Part shown: positions 27,215 through 40,983 of the stretch, piece by piece
Position numbering within the stretch: the stretch's first letter is position 1
How the letters are laid out: each line of letters begins with the position of its first letter
Source: Octopus vulgaris
Lineage: Eukaryota
Length of the DNA: 64,000 nt
Direction: 5' to 3'
Assembly: GCA_951406725.2 (NCBI GenBank)
Contig: OX597823.1
Span: 26,474,001 to 26,538,000, forward strand
Program-made: the position numbers and the translations under genes
Notes under the pieces: generated by a model
Told to the model about the DNA's origin: nothing
The model's database searches: none
Seen by the model: only the letters and a program-made list of their open reading frames with translations

Positions 27215-27490
27215 AAAAAAGCAACAAGAATGGATTAAAATCTCGGTACGATCGTTTCGTACGAGGACATCTTTAATAAGCTACAAAAAATTAAAGATGT
27301 AGCTTATTAAAGATGTCCTCGTACGAAACGATCGTACCGAGATTTTAATCCATTCTTGTTGCTTTTTTCCTATTTATAATCACCCCACTTGTCGTATGGT
27401 TAACACCATATAGATATCCGGTGCATCCTAGTTAAGGCCCATATTCATGTGAATTCTTTAGAATTCACTAGAATCTCAATTACTTAACCG
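27210..27490. repeat. Fold-back copy of the 8052-8290 hammerhead element (76-bp inverted arms 27210-27285 / 27298-27373)
   Basis: Reverse-complement match to 8052-8245. Perfect arms with a 12-nt spacer, flanked by (TA)n and (TCTA)n. Confidence 0.85.
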
Positions 27491-27616
<126 letters not shown>

Positions 27617-27648
27617 TGAGTGTATTTTTGACGAGTTTCGTTTTTTTC

Positions 27649-27729
27649 ACTTTCCTGAGGAGAAGATTGCTTATACCATTTATTCTTTTGAATAGTATCA
27701 GTGGAATTTTCGAAACATGCGTCGAAAGT
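27649..27729 (+). ncRNA. Type-I hammerhead ribozyme motif
   Basis: actttc CTGAGGA GAAGATT...AATTTTC GAAAC ATGC GTC gaaagt: 6-bp stem I, 7-bp stem II, GUC triplet. Sits in an island of about 155 bp between (TA)n arrays. Confidence 0.8.
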
Positions 27730-27768
27730 AAAAATATTTGATTACACCTGCGTTAACTCCATTTTTTA

Positions 27769-27819
<51 letters not shown>

Positions 27820-27973
27820 AAATAAATATAAGAGAGTGGTCACTATATGGCTCACTCTAGCACCAGTTAATCCAAAAGGTTTCAACCACAAAAATACATG
27901 TTTCCCATGAAAGTCAGTACGATTGTTAGCTCACACGGACAGGGCAAATAAAAAATAACAAAAATACAGATTA

Positions 27974-28055
27974 TTTTGGGACAATTGTTTCGCTATTAAT
28001 GAATTAAATGTAATTTTACTTACAAAAAAATCCACTTGTAGCTCGTCAGCCAAAA
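27974..28055 (-). ncRNA. Type-I hammerhead ribozyme motif (inverted copy of 28602-28682)
   Basis: Minus strand reads ttttgg CTGACGA GCTA...TAGC GAAAC AATT GTC ccaaaa. Confidence 0.8.
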
Positions 28056-28601
28056 CTATCTGGATGAAATCCACTCAATCACACGCCAGATTTTACCATA
28101 ACGATAAATACGCGTGTGGTTCAATTGATTACATCCGACGTTATAATTCAAATGCCCCAACTAACAGCGCGCCAAACTTTCACGGGAAACAAATACTGCA
28201 TTTAGAAATAAATGCAGCATAATTATAATTAATTAATAAGGGTGAGAGAATTAGATACTAATTTAATAGTATATCTATTCAACACCAAGTGGCCTAGTGC
28301 TCCGAGAAACCTAGATTATTATAATATTTTATAATATATTATAATATTTTTACAAAATAAATATAAGAGAGTGGTCACTATATGGCTCACTCTAGCACCA
28401 GTTAATCCAAAAGGTTTCAACCACAAAAATACATGTTTCCCATGAAAGTCAGTACGATTGTTAGCTCACACGGACAGGGCAATGGCGCGCTGTTAGTTGG
28501 GGCATTTGAATTATAACGTCGGATGTAATCAATTGAACCACACGCGTATTTATCGTTATGGTAAAATCTGGCGTGTGATTGAGTGGATTTCATCCAGATA
28601 G

Positions 28602-28682
28602 TTTTGGCTGACGAGCTACAAGTGGATTTTTTGTAAGTAAAATTACATTTAATTCATTAATAGCGAAACAATTGTCCCAAAA
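28602..28682 (+). ncRNA. Type-I hammerhead ribozyme motif
   Basis: ttttgg CTGACGA GCTA...TAGC GAAAC AATT GTC ccaaaa: 6-bp stem I, canonical G-C base of stem II, GUC triplet. Confidence 0.82.
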
Positions 28683-28767
28683 TAATCTGTATTATAACTC
28701 CTCCACCTACACCACCAAACGGTATATACAGGTGCTTACAATTATCAGGTACTCACCCCGAATTTCT

Positions 28768-28805
<38 letters not shown>

Positions 28806-29402
28806 TGATTAATGAAAGAATCGGAAGATGAAAGATACGAGAAAGTCTATTGATCACTGCAAATGTTTCGACCCATCCAGCATCAATCTTTCACGGGTGT
28901 GATACTAGATATCTGGTTTAGGTGTTTGTGTTAGTTTCTCGCCTCTGCTTGATAACCAGTGTTGGTTTGTTTACGTTCCAATAACATTAGCTGTTCAGCT
29001 GAAATGATCGATAGAATAAGTATATTGACTAGAAAACAAAATAAGTATCGGAGGGCGATCTGTTCGATCAAAACTCTTTAATCCGATGCCCCAGCTTGGC
29101 CGCAGTCCAATAGCTCTAGCGAGTAAAAGGCAAAAATGGCAAAAGGCAAATGTAACAAGAAGGAAAATAAGAGACAAAGAAGTGTTCTGTGTCATCTGGA
29201 TAGCCTTGGCCGAAATGTCCTTCCACATTATTCTGTTTGATGAAGGATGATATCGCATTGGTGATGTATATTTCCGAAGAATACATTTCTGACTAAACCA
29301 GTTACAACGAAAATTTCAAAGTTCAGAGAAGACGAGAAACTATAGAAATAAGAATGAAGATAAGTTTCTGTCTATGCGCGCCTGTAGGAGAGAAAGAAAG
29401 AA

Positions 29403-29438
<36 letters not shown>

Positions 29439-29631
29439 GGAGGGAGATAGAGAGAGGGGGAGAAGAAAGAGGGACAGAATTTGACTAATACCAAGTAAGA
29501 AAGACATGGTGATGTCTGCAATATAACAATGCAATATAATATAAGCGTATGTGCATATATGTATATATATGAGTGTCTATGCATGAATGTATGTATGTAT
29601 GTATGTATGTATGTATGTACGCATGTATGTT

Positions 29632-29673
<42 letters not shown>

Positions 29674-30484
29674 CATATGTATATATCTATATATACATAC
29701 ACGCACACACACACATACACACACACACATATATATATTCATATATATATTTTCATATATATATATTCATATATAAACACAGATTCACACACACACATAT
29801 ATGTTTATGAATTTATGAGTGAATACATGTGTATAGCTATAAATATATTTATATATATATATATATATATACGTATATATTTATGAATATATATATGTAT
29901 ATATAGATATATACATATATATGTGTGTATAAATACATGTATATATAAATGTATATATATAAGTGCATATATAGTTCAACCTACCTACCTACCTACATAC
30001 CTACCTACCTACCTACCTACCTACCTACCTACCTACATACATACATACCGTTATGTTGCACCAAGTCATATTATTATGTTATAGATGCTAGTTTCAGAGT
30101 ATATTTTGCGTGTTTGTAGATTATTAACGCTAGAAGGCCTCTGTATCTTCTACGGATGTCAAATAACTGATATCTGTTAATATATTATTCTGTGATCGTT
30201 TTGTATTAACGTATATTAAAGAAAAGAAATGTCAACGTGAATGTCACTGCATGGAACTTATGTAATTTTCATATGCAGCTTAGAAATACACGTTGTTGTC
30301 TATTTGTATGTAAAATATCGTCAGAAGTTTGTATACATGTCTTGCGTCAAATAATAAGAGATAATTCAGATCTGATATGTAAAGTAAATAACGTTATTTA
30401 GTTATTGGAAAGTTACATCTAGTGAATAATGTCACCTTATTCCCGATTACAGGACTTTAAGTAGGAGTGTGTGTGTGTGTGAGT

Positions 30485-30540
<56 letters not shown>

Positions 30541-32715
30541 CACACACGCACGCACACACACACACACTCATACACCCCCACACAGATGCATTGTTATATA
30601 CTGTGTTATTTAACATGTTCGTGCAAATTAGGTGATGGAAGGACAATGCGTTGTACAAATTGTCTCAAGAGAAGAAATTCCTCTTATAGATAATATTGGT
30701 GTAAACAGTCCACCAAACCTTTGTGGTTTACTGGGAAATAATCATCTAAAAGAAGCAGGAATTACTTGCCTGCGTTAATTTTTACCTTTAGGGAGAAAAG
30801 GGTGGTGGCGAACCATATTATTTTCCTAGGTCTGTTTTTAGCTCTATTTATGTAATTCATGTTTTTACTTGAAGGGTTGCAATGTATCTTATCTTTGAAT
30901 TCGCTGCTAGCTAGGGTTTGCCTTAGCAAATATTTCTTTAGTAGAAGAAAGATTAGATAGCCTATTCCTAATGTTAGCTATCAGGTTTTTAACCACTACA
31001 GGGGTGTGACAGGAGAAACTCTTCTACATACAAAAACACTCCTGTTGATAAATTACTGCTGCGTTATCTGTTTCATCTCAATGTCACACTGCATTACAGA
31101 ATCCCACGTGACCACGTGACCGACCAGACTATCAGATATTGTTATACGTCGCTGGTCACAATGCGCTTTGCATCGTTTTAGCCTTCGAATGACGCTGCCC
31201 CGCTGGCTAGGCAAGCAGGCCAACATTCCCCACTTGATCGAAAGGGGAGACTGGAGCAACGTGAAAGGAAGTGTTTCACTCAAGAACACAACACATGAGT
31301 GCGATATCCTGACCTCTACGCCACGCGCCGTCACACATTACAGACTACATCTCTAAATTTTAGCAAATACTGTATATAATAGAACCAATTTGAGAGCGTA
31401 CGCTATATTCGCAATATAGTGTATCTAGTTTACGTAGGCCGTTTGTAGCAATTGCCTTATAAAAGCAGCATTTCTGTGGACCGTGAAACAGAGTATTTGA
31501 CAGTTGATGAAATCTAAACAAAAGACTGAAAGTAAAACGAAAGACACCTTTTATTAAAAGCTACCTATGAAAATAATGTATATAAAGATGAGGCTCTACG
31601 TCGGCCTACACACAAAAGCTTGACTATATATCTATAATGTGAATTTATGTTTAGAAATGCTGCATGTATCTTATTAGAAGAATTCTTACAGGGAAGAAGA
31701 ATAAATTTAGGAACTATATATTTATTACACAAAATATTTTTTATTAATTGGTTGTCGATGAAACACAATCAAAATGTAGAAACTAATTGAATGAAATAAT
31801 CTATGCAATAAAGTTCAGAAATGTAAAAATGACAGCTAAATAGTAGTTTTTAGTAATGTGACATAGAGAAATAGATAGACATAGCAACGACGTGAGTGGC
31901 TCTGAGTCTAATCGACAAAAAAGCAAAGAGCAGGGCAAACGCTAGACATTCTAGAAACTTCAATGAGAAACACGAAGCTTCTTGAATAATTAAGAATTAC
32001 TTGTCATGAAATATAATCTTCCGAGAAACTTACTAAAGGGCGATTACTCTATAACACTTCTTGCAAGATTATATCGTTCAACTATTTTAGCCACAGACGA
32101 CAAACTACTACATATCTATTGATATATTCTGTTGTACAGCGTAAGTATAGCATTGAAACAATACTAATCTCAGTAATTTATTATCGAATTAGCTGCCATG
32201 AATACATTATCATGCAAATTAGTTTATTAGATTATTAATAAAGATAAATATCACCCATTACTACCCTTAGTAATAATCCTTTCGGCACAGAGCTTGAAAT
32301 TTGGGGGAGGGTGATTGTCAATCACATCGACCCCAGTGCGTAACTGGTACTTAGTTTATCGACCCCGAAAGGATAAAAGGCAAAGTCGGCCTCGGCGGAA
32401 TTTGAATTTAGAACGTAGCGACGGACGAAATACCGCCAAGTATTTCGTCCCGACGTACTAACGATTCTGCCAGCCCGTCGCTTTGCGGCCCTTAGTAATA
32501 ATGGGTGGTAAGCAGTGTCTCTGTGCACACTTAAAGAGGGTAATTATATTCTGTTTGATAGTATAGCATAAAAAACGCTCTTAACACATTAGCAACACAT
32601 ACACGCGCGCGCGCATACACACACACGCACGCACGCACACACGTTGTGATTTAAAATAACCCGTGTTTTGAACTCCAAAAGTTTTCCGTATATCCGAAAG
32701 GAAGCGGTAAGGAGG

Positions 32716-32866
32716 ATTCGCATTTCATATTTGACAGCTGGACAATGCAATTAGATAATAAAAATTTACATTGTATAATTAAGAATAATAATTCTCAATT
32801 ATACAATGTAAATTTTTTACTACCTAATTAATTGCATTGTCAAAATTTCAAATATATGATACGAAT
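32716..32866. repeat. AT-rich imperfect fold-back (MITE-like)
   Basis: GACAATGCAATTAG..AAAAATTTACATTGTATAATT pairs with AATTATACAATGTAAATTTTT..CTAATTAATTGCATTGTC. Confidence 0.7.
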
Positions 32867-33113
32867 TATAAAAATGAAAAGGTTTGGTAACTGAAAATCT
32901 TATACTCTTTTACTTCTTTCAGTCATTTGACTGTAGCCATGCTGGAGCACCGCCTTTAGTCGAGCAAATCGACCCCAGGACTTATTCTTTGTGAGCCTAG
33001 TACTTATTCTATCGGCCGCTTTTGCCGAATCGCTAAGTTACGGGGACGTAAACACACCGGCATCAGTTGTGAAGCGGCGTTGGGGAACAAACACAGACGC
33101 ACAAACATATGCA

Positions 33114-33171
<58 letters not shown>

Positions 33172-33309
33172 AGGTAATGAACCTCTTACTTCAGTTTCAC
33201 AATTTTTGGACTAATAGTCCATTTCAGAATTGGCGCGTTAAGCCTCTTAAACACAATAACATGCAATATCATAATAAACATTACAACACTGAGGCTTTTC
33301 AGCCTCTTG

Positions 33310-33830
33310 TCTTTATTCCTCCCTGACATCGCTTGTGCCCGTATACTCCACCATCCTCCACGCCTCATTCAAGACCAAGGTCGGATCTGAGCCGGCGTTG
33401 CCCGGCCACAAGCGATATTCCTCATTGAGTCCCTGCAGCCTACACCCCGCAGCCACCGTTATGATCTCCACAGCTATCTGCGGAGGCCATTCGGGATCCT
33501 GTGTGAAGGTTAAACGTACTTCCGTATGGTGCCTTTCCACCACCTCTTCTACCTCTCCGCCTCTGTAGAAGAAGACCAATAGTTCCTCTTCCTCTGGGTT
33601 CGAGGTAGTCAAGTTTACTGTTGGCGGCACCGTTCCCCCCATCGGTGTCTCTTCCCCTGCCGGTGGCACAACACCTACCGGCAAGGTTCCGGGACATTCC
33701 GGTGCTATGACACCGACTGCTGGCAATGTCCCGTTTCTCTTCCTCTTCCTCTTTTTCCCTCTCAACTGAGGGAGGGTGCGTCTACTCCGTGACCGGGAGA
33801 TTCACCTCCCCTCCCTTATCCCCAGGATTG
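33310..33830 (-). mobile_element. Probable 5' ORF1 fragment of a non-LTR retrotransposon
   Basis: GC-rich island with a 150-aa minus ORF (basic N-terminus, then EEELLVFFY..EVRLTF). Its composition is unlike the flanks and it has no splice context. Confidence 0.45.
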
Positions 33831-33883
33831 GTAAGCAAGCTACTTACCACACAGCCACTCCTACGCCTATTGAGAAATTATTT

Positions 33884-33938
<55 letters not shown>

Positions 33939-33975
33939 TAGAAAATACAATTAAATCTTCTTTCTTTTTAAACAG

Positions 33976-34117
33976 AAATAAAAGTACGATTGGTAGGTGG
34001 TTTGAACAACACACATGGACTTGTTGAAATTTTCCACCAGGAAAACTGGGGAACAATCTGTAATCACGAATGGAGTTACAAGAATGCTCAAGTAATTTGC
34101 CGAATGCTAGGATACCT
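33976..34117 (+). CDS. SRCR protein exon: N-terminal half of SRCR domain 2
   Basis: Acceptor TTTCTTTTTAAACAG and donor CT|GTAAGT. Encodes IKVRLVGGLNNTHGLVEIFHQENWGTICNHEWSYKNAQVICRMLGY. Same length (142 nt) and phases as exon 22294. Confidence 0.93.
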
Positions 34118-34255
34118 GTAAGTTCCACTTTCTTTAATTAGTTTACAAACGAGTTTACTTTTCTTTCGTTATCCGCTTCTACTTCCGTTAAGGGGCTGTC
34201 ACAACTTCAGATATGTTGTACACTCAATACTGGCTAACACACTCTTGCTATTGGC

Positions 34256-35557
34256 GGATCTTTTCAATTCTGAAGCCAGTTTTTTCAAATTTTTCCTACT
34301 GAACCAAACAATTTGAAACTTCGTATACTGGTAGAATGTGTCAAAAGTAAACTTAATTGTAAACCAGAATGAAAACGGAATTGTAACTTCTAAGTTTAAC
34401 GTTGTTTAATAATTAGAATTTTAACCAATGATATTCCGTCATTCGGCTTTATTTTATTTACTCCGTCTCGACCACCAATTTGGTGACGTATTAAACATCG
34501 GCGAAGTTTCGCTTGTCGTAGCACAAGTTTTCCGTCGATTTCCGTAAAAAACTTTTATTTTTTTACATAAGTAATGAGAGCGAAAGAGACTAAGAGGAAG
34601 CGATTTTATGACGAGGGAAGTTTGTCTTTGAAGTTACCGTCTAGGGGAAGCATTGATGTACATGTGTGTGTGTGTGTTTGATGGGGTGTGGGAGACAGTA
34701 TGTTGTGTAAGTGAAGTGCTTCTGTTAGTGTGTGTGAAGAGACAGAGTAATGTGTGAAAGAGAGAGATAACTGAAATTTTTTACTCGGTGTATGTGTATA
34801 TGTATGTCTGCATGTATGTGTGTGTGTGTATGTATGTGTAAGTATGTGTGTGTGTATCTATGTATGTATGGCCGATTCATCGTAATTACGATGAATCGGC
34901 CATACATACATACACACACACACACATACATACACACACACATACTTACACATACATACACACACACACATACATGCAGACATACATATACACATACACC
35001 GAGTAAAAAATTTCAGTTATCTCTCTCTTTCACACATTACTCTGTCTCTTCACACACACTAACAGAAGCACTTCACTTACACAACATACTGTCTCCCACA
35101 CCCCATCAAACACGAGGCTTCTAACAAGATTTCGTTTCTAAGCTAATGCGTTTCATTTCACTTATTGTATTTATTTGTGCAAAAGGCAAGAAATTTAATA
35201 TTAAAAAAAGCAAAGAGCTGGCAGAAACGTTAGCACGCCGGGCGAAATGCGTAGCCGTATTTCGTCTGCCGTTACGTTCTGTGTTTGTTTACAGTTTTCC
35301 GAACGTTAGTACGTCACAAAAGCGCTTTCTACGTCACACTAATAGAATGCAGTCAAGTTTTACACATGAAAACAAACAATCTGATTGGTTAAAATTCGCA
35401 GTTTTAATCTACGATTAAAGTCATAAAATAGATTTTTCTCAAATAAACTAGTTGCAACCTGTGTCTTGTTTTGCTAGACTCTATCAGCATACGAAGTTTC
35501 AGAATATTTAGTTAAGTAGAAAGATCTGTGGTCCTGGCTTCAGAATTGAAAAGATCC
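34256..35557. mobile_element. Non-autonomous DNA transposon, Merlin-type termini
   Basis: Perfect 24-bp TIR GGATCTTTTCAATTCTGAAGCCAG with the 8-bp TSD CTATTGGC on both sides. Confidence 0.85.
34674..35113. repeat. About 440-bp spacerless palindrome
   Basis: Centre ...GGCCGATTCATCGTAA|TTACGATGAATCGGCC at 34885/34886. Arms match except in a microsatellite tract. Confidence 0.95.
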
Positions 35558-38500
35558 CTATTGGCTTCTATTTGTGGCTGATCTTGAGTAACAAGTATGT
35601 GTATGTCACAACACTCCACTAATCTTCTACGTCGGGGCTGCCTCCAACTCTCCTAATCCATGATTAAGGCTTTTTATGGACAAAATATCGAAATAAATAA
35701 CGTAAAAGTATAAATTTGTGTTCTTATCTTATTATTTCAACCGCTTCAGTGAATATAATGTTGCTGCTAGCAAACTCCTCACTGTATCTCAATCACAAAG
35801 TCTTTCTAACATGTTAAGGCGCTTTAGCCCTAATTTTATGTCTCAGAAGAGTGACCAATGATATATTTAGTCTTCTTAAAGCCCGTCCCGTCAGAATACT
35901 ATCAGCTGAGAAGACACCCACACTTGCAACCATATATAATGTAGAATTACGTAATTTATTCTAAGTAATGTGAAATAGAGTTTGACAGAAAATGGTTCGA
36001 TTCATCTAGTGTGTTATTTCATGCAAAGTTCTTAGTAAGTGGCTAATCTCCTGGAAATCTCTTGTTTGAGCCATGGTTAGTTGGTGCCACTGATGTAAGA
36101 ATGGCTGATGAACATTTCACAGTCTTTTAGCATCTTAAGGTAATGAGAGAGAATACGTGAAAGTAATTCTATCTTCGGATAGAGGCGTAACTAGAGTGTG
36201 TATTGCCCGAGCAACCCTTGAGTTTTCTCCACCTCCTCGGCACTGGAGCCTATACAGGCTTATACAGCAGATTCAAAAGTACCGCTCCATAATAAAAACG
36301 TCGTCTGGGGCGGATCGACTTCATCGCCCCTAGATATGAATTTGAAAGAGTGAGTGTGCTATGTGTATTTTGTTTTAAATGTATTCTTAAGACTTGTATA
36401 ATCATTTTCCATTTCGTCTTCAAGTGTTATTTTTGTTCTGTACGTAAATGCTTTTATATAACTTCGACATTAGGTGGGAAAGACTCACTTTCGCTGGCTG
36501 AAGTTACATTTTGGCAACTGAATTGGCTACCGACTTTCGTTGTGTACAATTCTTTCTAGCAATAGCAATATTTTCATTAAATGGTAGGATTTGCCGAGAA
36601 ATGTTTTCATAACTAGTACAATAAAGTGATACCTTTATTGGATACTACACTCCTGATGTACTTTTATTCTTTATTATTATTCCGCTTTGCCTTTCTTCCT
36701 TTGCAAGTCGAGTTGAGTGGTATAGCCTATCATATTTCAGTTGAGTAGTATAGCCCATCATATCGATTCTAATACTTGGCTGGTACATGATTTTATCGAC
36801 CTCAAAAGAATGAAAGGTAAAGTTGAACTCAGAACGCAAAGAACCGTCACTAAATATAGTACAAATAAGAAACTAACTTGAAAACCTGAACTTTAGGTCG
36901 AATAAACGCAACACTAAACGCACTTCGATTCTCTGAGTTGTCGGGAAAAGATTGTTTCACTAATTTGTAAATTTTTCTTCCACTTAATTTCTCCCCATAT
37001 TGGCCAACAATTACGAAAGTAGTTCATAGAAGAATGACATCAATTAGCAATTACTTGAATCTAATTTTCTCAATCCTTTCCTTACTATTTCTGATGAATA
37101 AGCGAATTTAATAGAAGTGTTGCTTGTCATCCATAACTTTAAGGTCAGAGTGGGAATTCTACTCTTGTTGATCAGTAACTTTGCAGAAACACCTGAATGT
37201 AATCGATTAAAGTCGATGTCACTGACGTTCTTATGCTTACTTGTATTGTATAACGTCGTGTTTTTTGTTATCATCAGCATCATACCAATATAAATATGAT
37301 TATTACCATTATTATTCACAGCTTGAGAATTGCAAATAAAATGATAGACACATTCCGTAAGAAGTATTCTGTTTTTAATTTAACAGCTAAGTCGTTTTAA
37401 TGCTGTAGCCTCATAGTTCGCTTTTGTACAAAATTACAGTCATTTGGTATTGCTATGTCGAATTATTAGAACATTATTGTTAATTTTGTCATGGAAAATA
37501 ACATCCAGCATATTTCATGTTATTTGATGACTCGCTGTATGTTATAGTTCCCACAGTATTTCTGCGTTGTCATTTTTAAACTGTGTTGGAAATATGTAAT
37601 GTTAGAGCTAGTGTATCCCAGAAATAAATCGAAATTTTAAAACAGTACGCCAACCAGCCAACCCAATATACTCTCGCTTGCAGTGCAGTGTGTAGACGAA
37701 TTCGTTCTGCAGCCTAAAAACAACCAAATCGCGCCACGTCAGTTAACTATTTATCTACACGTGTTAGAGTGAACATAATTTAGTGCAGTTGGAGATTTAC
37801 TGCAAATTGATCAATGACAGAATTGGAAGAACAACGTTGTTTGTTTCAAATCCTGTTTCAAACTGCAAACCCTGTCGCCAATGCAAAACAAAACAAAAAC
37901 CTTTGGTAACTTTTCAAAGTGTATTTGCCCCAAATTCCACAATGACGTCACAATTATAAATTTCCATAGTTCAGAAAAAATTTGTAAGCTTTCATGATTT
38001 TGGCCTGTAATTTGATGTTATTCGCATAGAAAAAGCAAATGATTATGGTGCTTGTGACCCTGTAGCTACTCATTCGGGACAGAAGGTAGCCAGACCAAAA
38101 GTGATGAAAGTGTTATATGAATCTTGTCAATTTGTTGGACACTTTCCTTGTAATTTATTACTAAATTTCTTTGTAATTTTGCTATGCCACGTTTCATGAA
38201 TCCACAACCACTTTTGATAATTTATTCATTCCTACTAATTCATGAGTATGAAAGTAGTACACTATCGAGCAATTTTTATAATCAGTCCAGGCGGCATTGA
38301 AGTTCTTTTTCTACTTGAAGGCATTTAGTATAGCCTTGTTTAACAATATTTGATCTTTGCAGCAAAATGGGCCTCTTTTGAAACTCTTGCCTTCCAGGTA
38401 GAAGATTAATTTTGTTGCAATGTTAATGTAGCTTTTTACCTAAAATCTATGGTCTCTCGTAGAAGATAGAAAGGCAGGTGATTGACCTGTAGGGTCATCT

Positions 38501-39156
38501 GACTATTATTTTTGTATGAGCATTAGTTTTACTTGAGTCAGCCACTTTGGTATTTTCGATGAGTATCTTTATTATTTTATGACAGCATTTCGGGGATATA
38601 AAACATGCGAGTGTCTAAATCAGGAAATTATATTTTGTCTACTGCAGGGGATTTCCGAATTTCTAATTTTTTTTCATTTTCATGACTTCCATTAGGTTTT
38701 TTTTGCACAAGTAGTGTCACATGATTTTTTTTGTTTTCTAGATTAATTTTCATTTGTTTTATGGCGTTTCTCTACTTCTCAGATTTTCAGTCACAATATT
38801 TCTATTTTCCTCTAATAATGAATTTTCTACTTATCTTGTTTTGTTATCTAATTCCCTGCAGACACTTCCTACATTCGAAACATTTTATTTTGTTTAAATT
38901 GATCGGTTCTTTTTTCAAATTTCCACACTTTAGTTTTTATACGTTGAATTAATAATTCTCATATGAGTTTTACGATGTTATTTATTTATCTTGAATATTT
39001 AAACTTTCTGCGCAATTTTGCCTTTCTGAAGTGACATTTTAGTGACCCTATTTCAAAACTCATTTATTCTAGCAATGTCTTTTCTCTCGAGAATTATCTC
39101 ATGCTGAATCTTTTCTTTTCAGGTAAGATTTCTTTAAGATTTTAGTAAGATATATC

Positions 39157-40434
<1,278 letters not shown>

Positions 40435-40571
40435 TACATATATTTTCTCTATGATTATTTCCAATGCTCAGTTTGCTCGATTTAAGCTCAGGCCTTTAGT
40501 GTTTTACCATATTTGACTGATTTGTAGACTGCCTACATTTTATAAAAGCTTTATCGCTTGAACTTCTGCTT

Positions 40572-40983
40572 AACGGCAGTTTTTTCTAGCGTTGTCATAT
40601 GAAATTGTCACCCATAATTATGACCCTAGTATCGATCTATTGCATTTCAACCTGTTTTAGGGTTAAGGTTAGTTAGGGTTAGGGTTAGGGGGGAAGGGTA
40701 TCTTTTTTTCTTCAGAAATGTAAATAAACCCAATCTGTTTCTTAAACGAGGGACATATTCATACGGCACAGAATGTTTTCACCTCAAATACACGTCATTG
40801 ATTGGTTGAAATTGCCAAAATTGAAGAAAATATCTTACAAATATCTTACAAACTATAGAATTTTCTCAATAAAACCATGAGAAAAAGATGTTTTATAAAC
40901 ACATTCTACCAGTATATGAAGTTTAAAATTTTTTAGTTACCTAAAAATTATGTTAAAAACTGCCGTTCAAACCGAAAAGATCC
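40572..40983 (+). mobile_element. Merlin-type MITE with internal TTAGGG repeats (left TIR truncated)
   Basis: Reverse-complement copy of 46637-47054, ending CTGCCGTTCAAACCGAAAAGATCC. Confidence 0.85.

Larger units (their letters stand above)
27819..28693. mobile_element. Penelope-like pseudo-LTR structure with direct and inverted repeats
   Basis: Direct repeat 27819-27947 = 28354-28482. Inverted repeat 27963-28174 vs 28483-28693, each arm carrying a hammerhead. Embedded in (TA)n. Confidence 0.7.

Noticed and set aside
37500-38152. Mariner-like N-terminal remnant (MTELEEQR...)
   Set aside because: Too decayed to define termini or a reading frame with confidence.
40655-40690. TTAGGG repeats as a chromosome end or fusion scar
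   Set aside because: Only a few units, internal to a MITE that occurs twice in the window.
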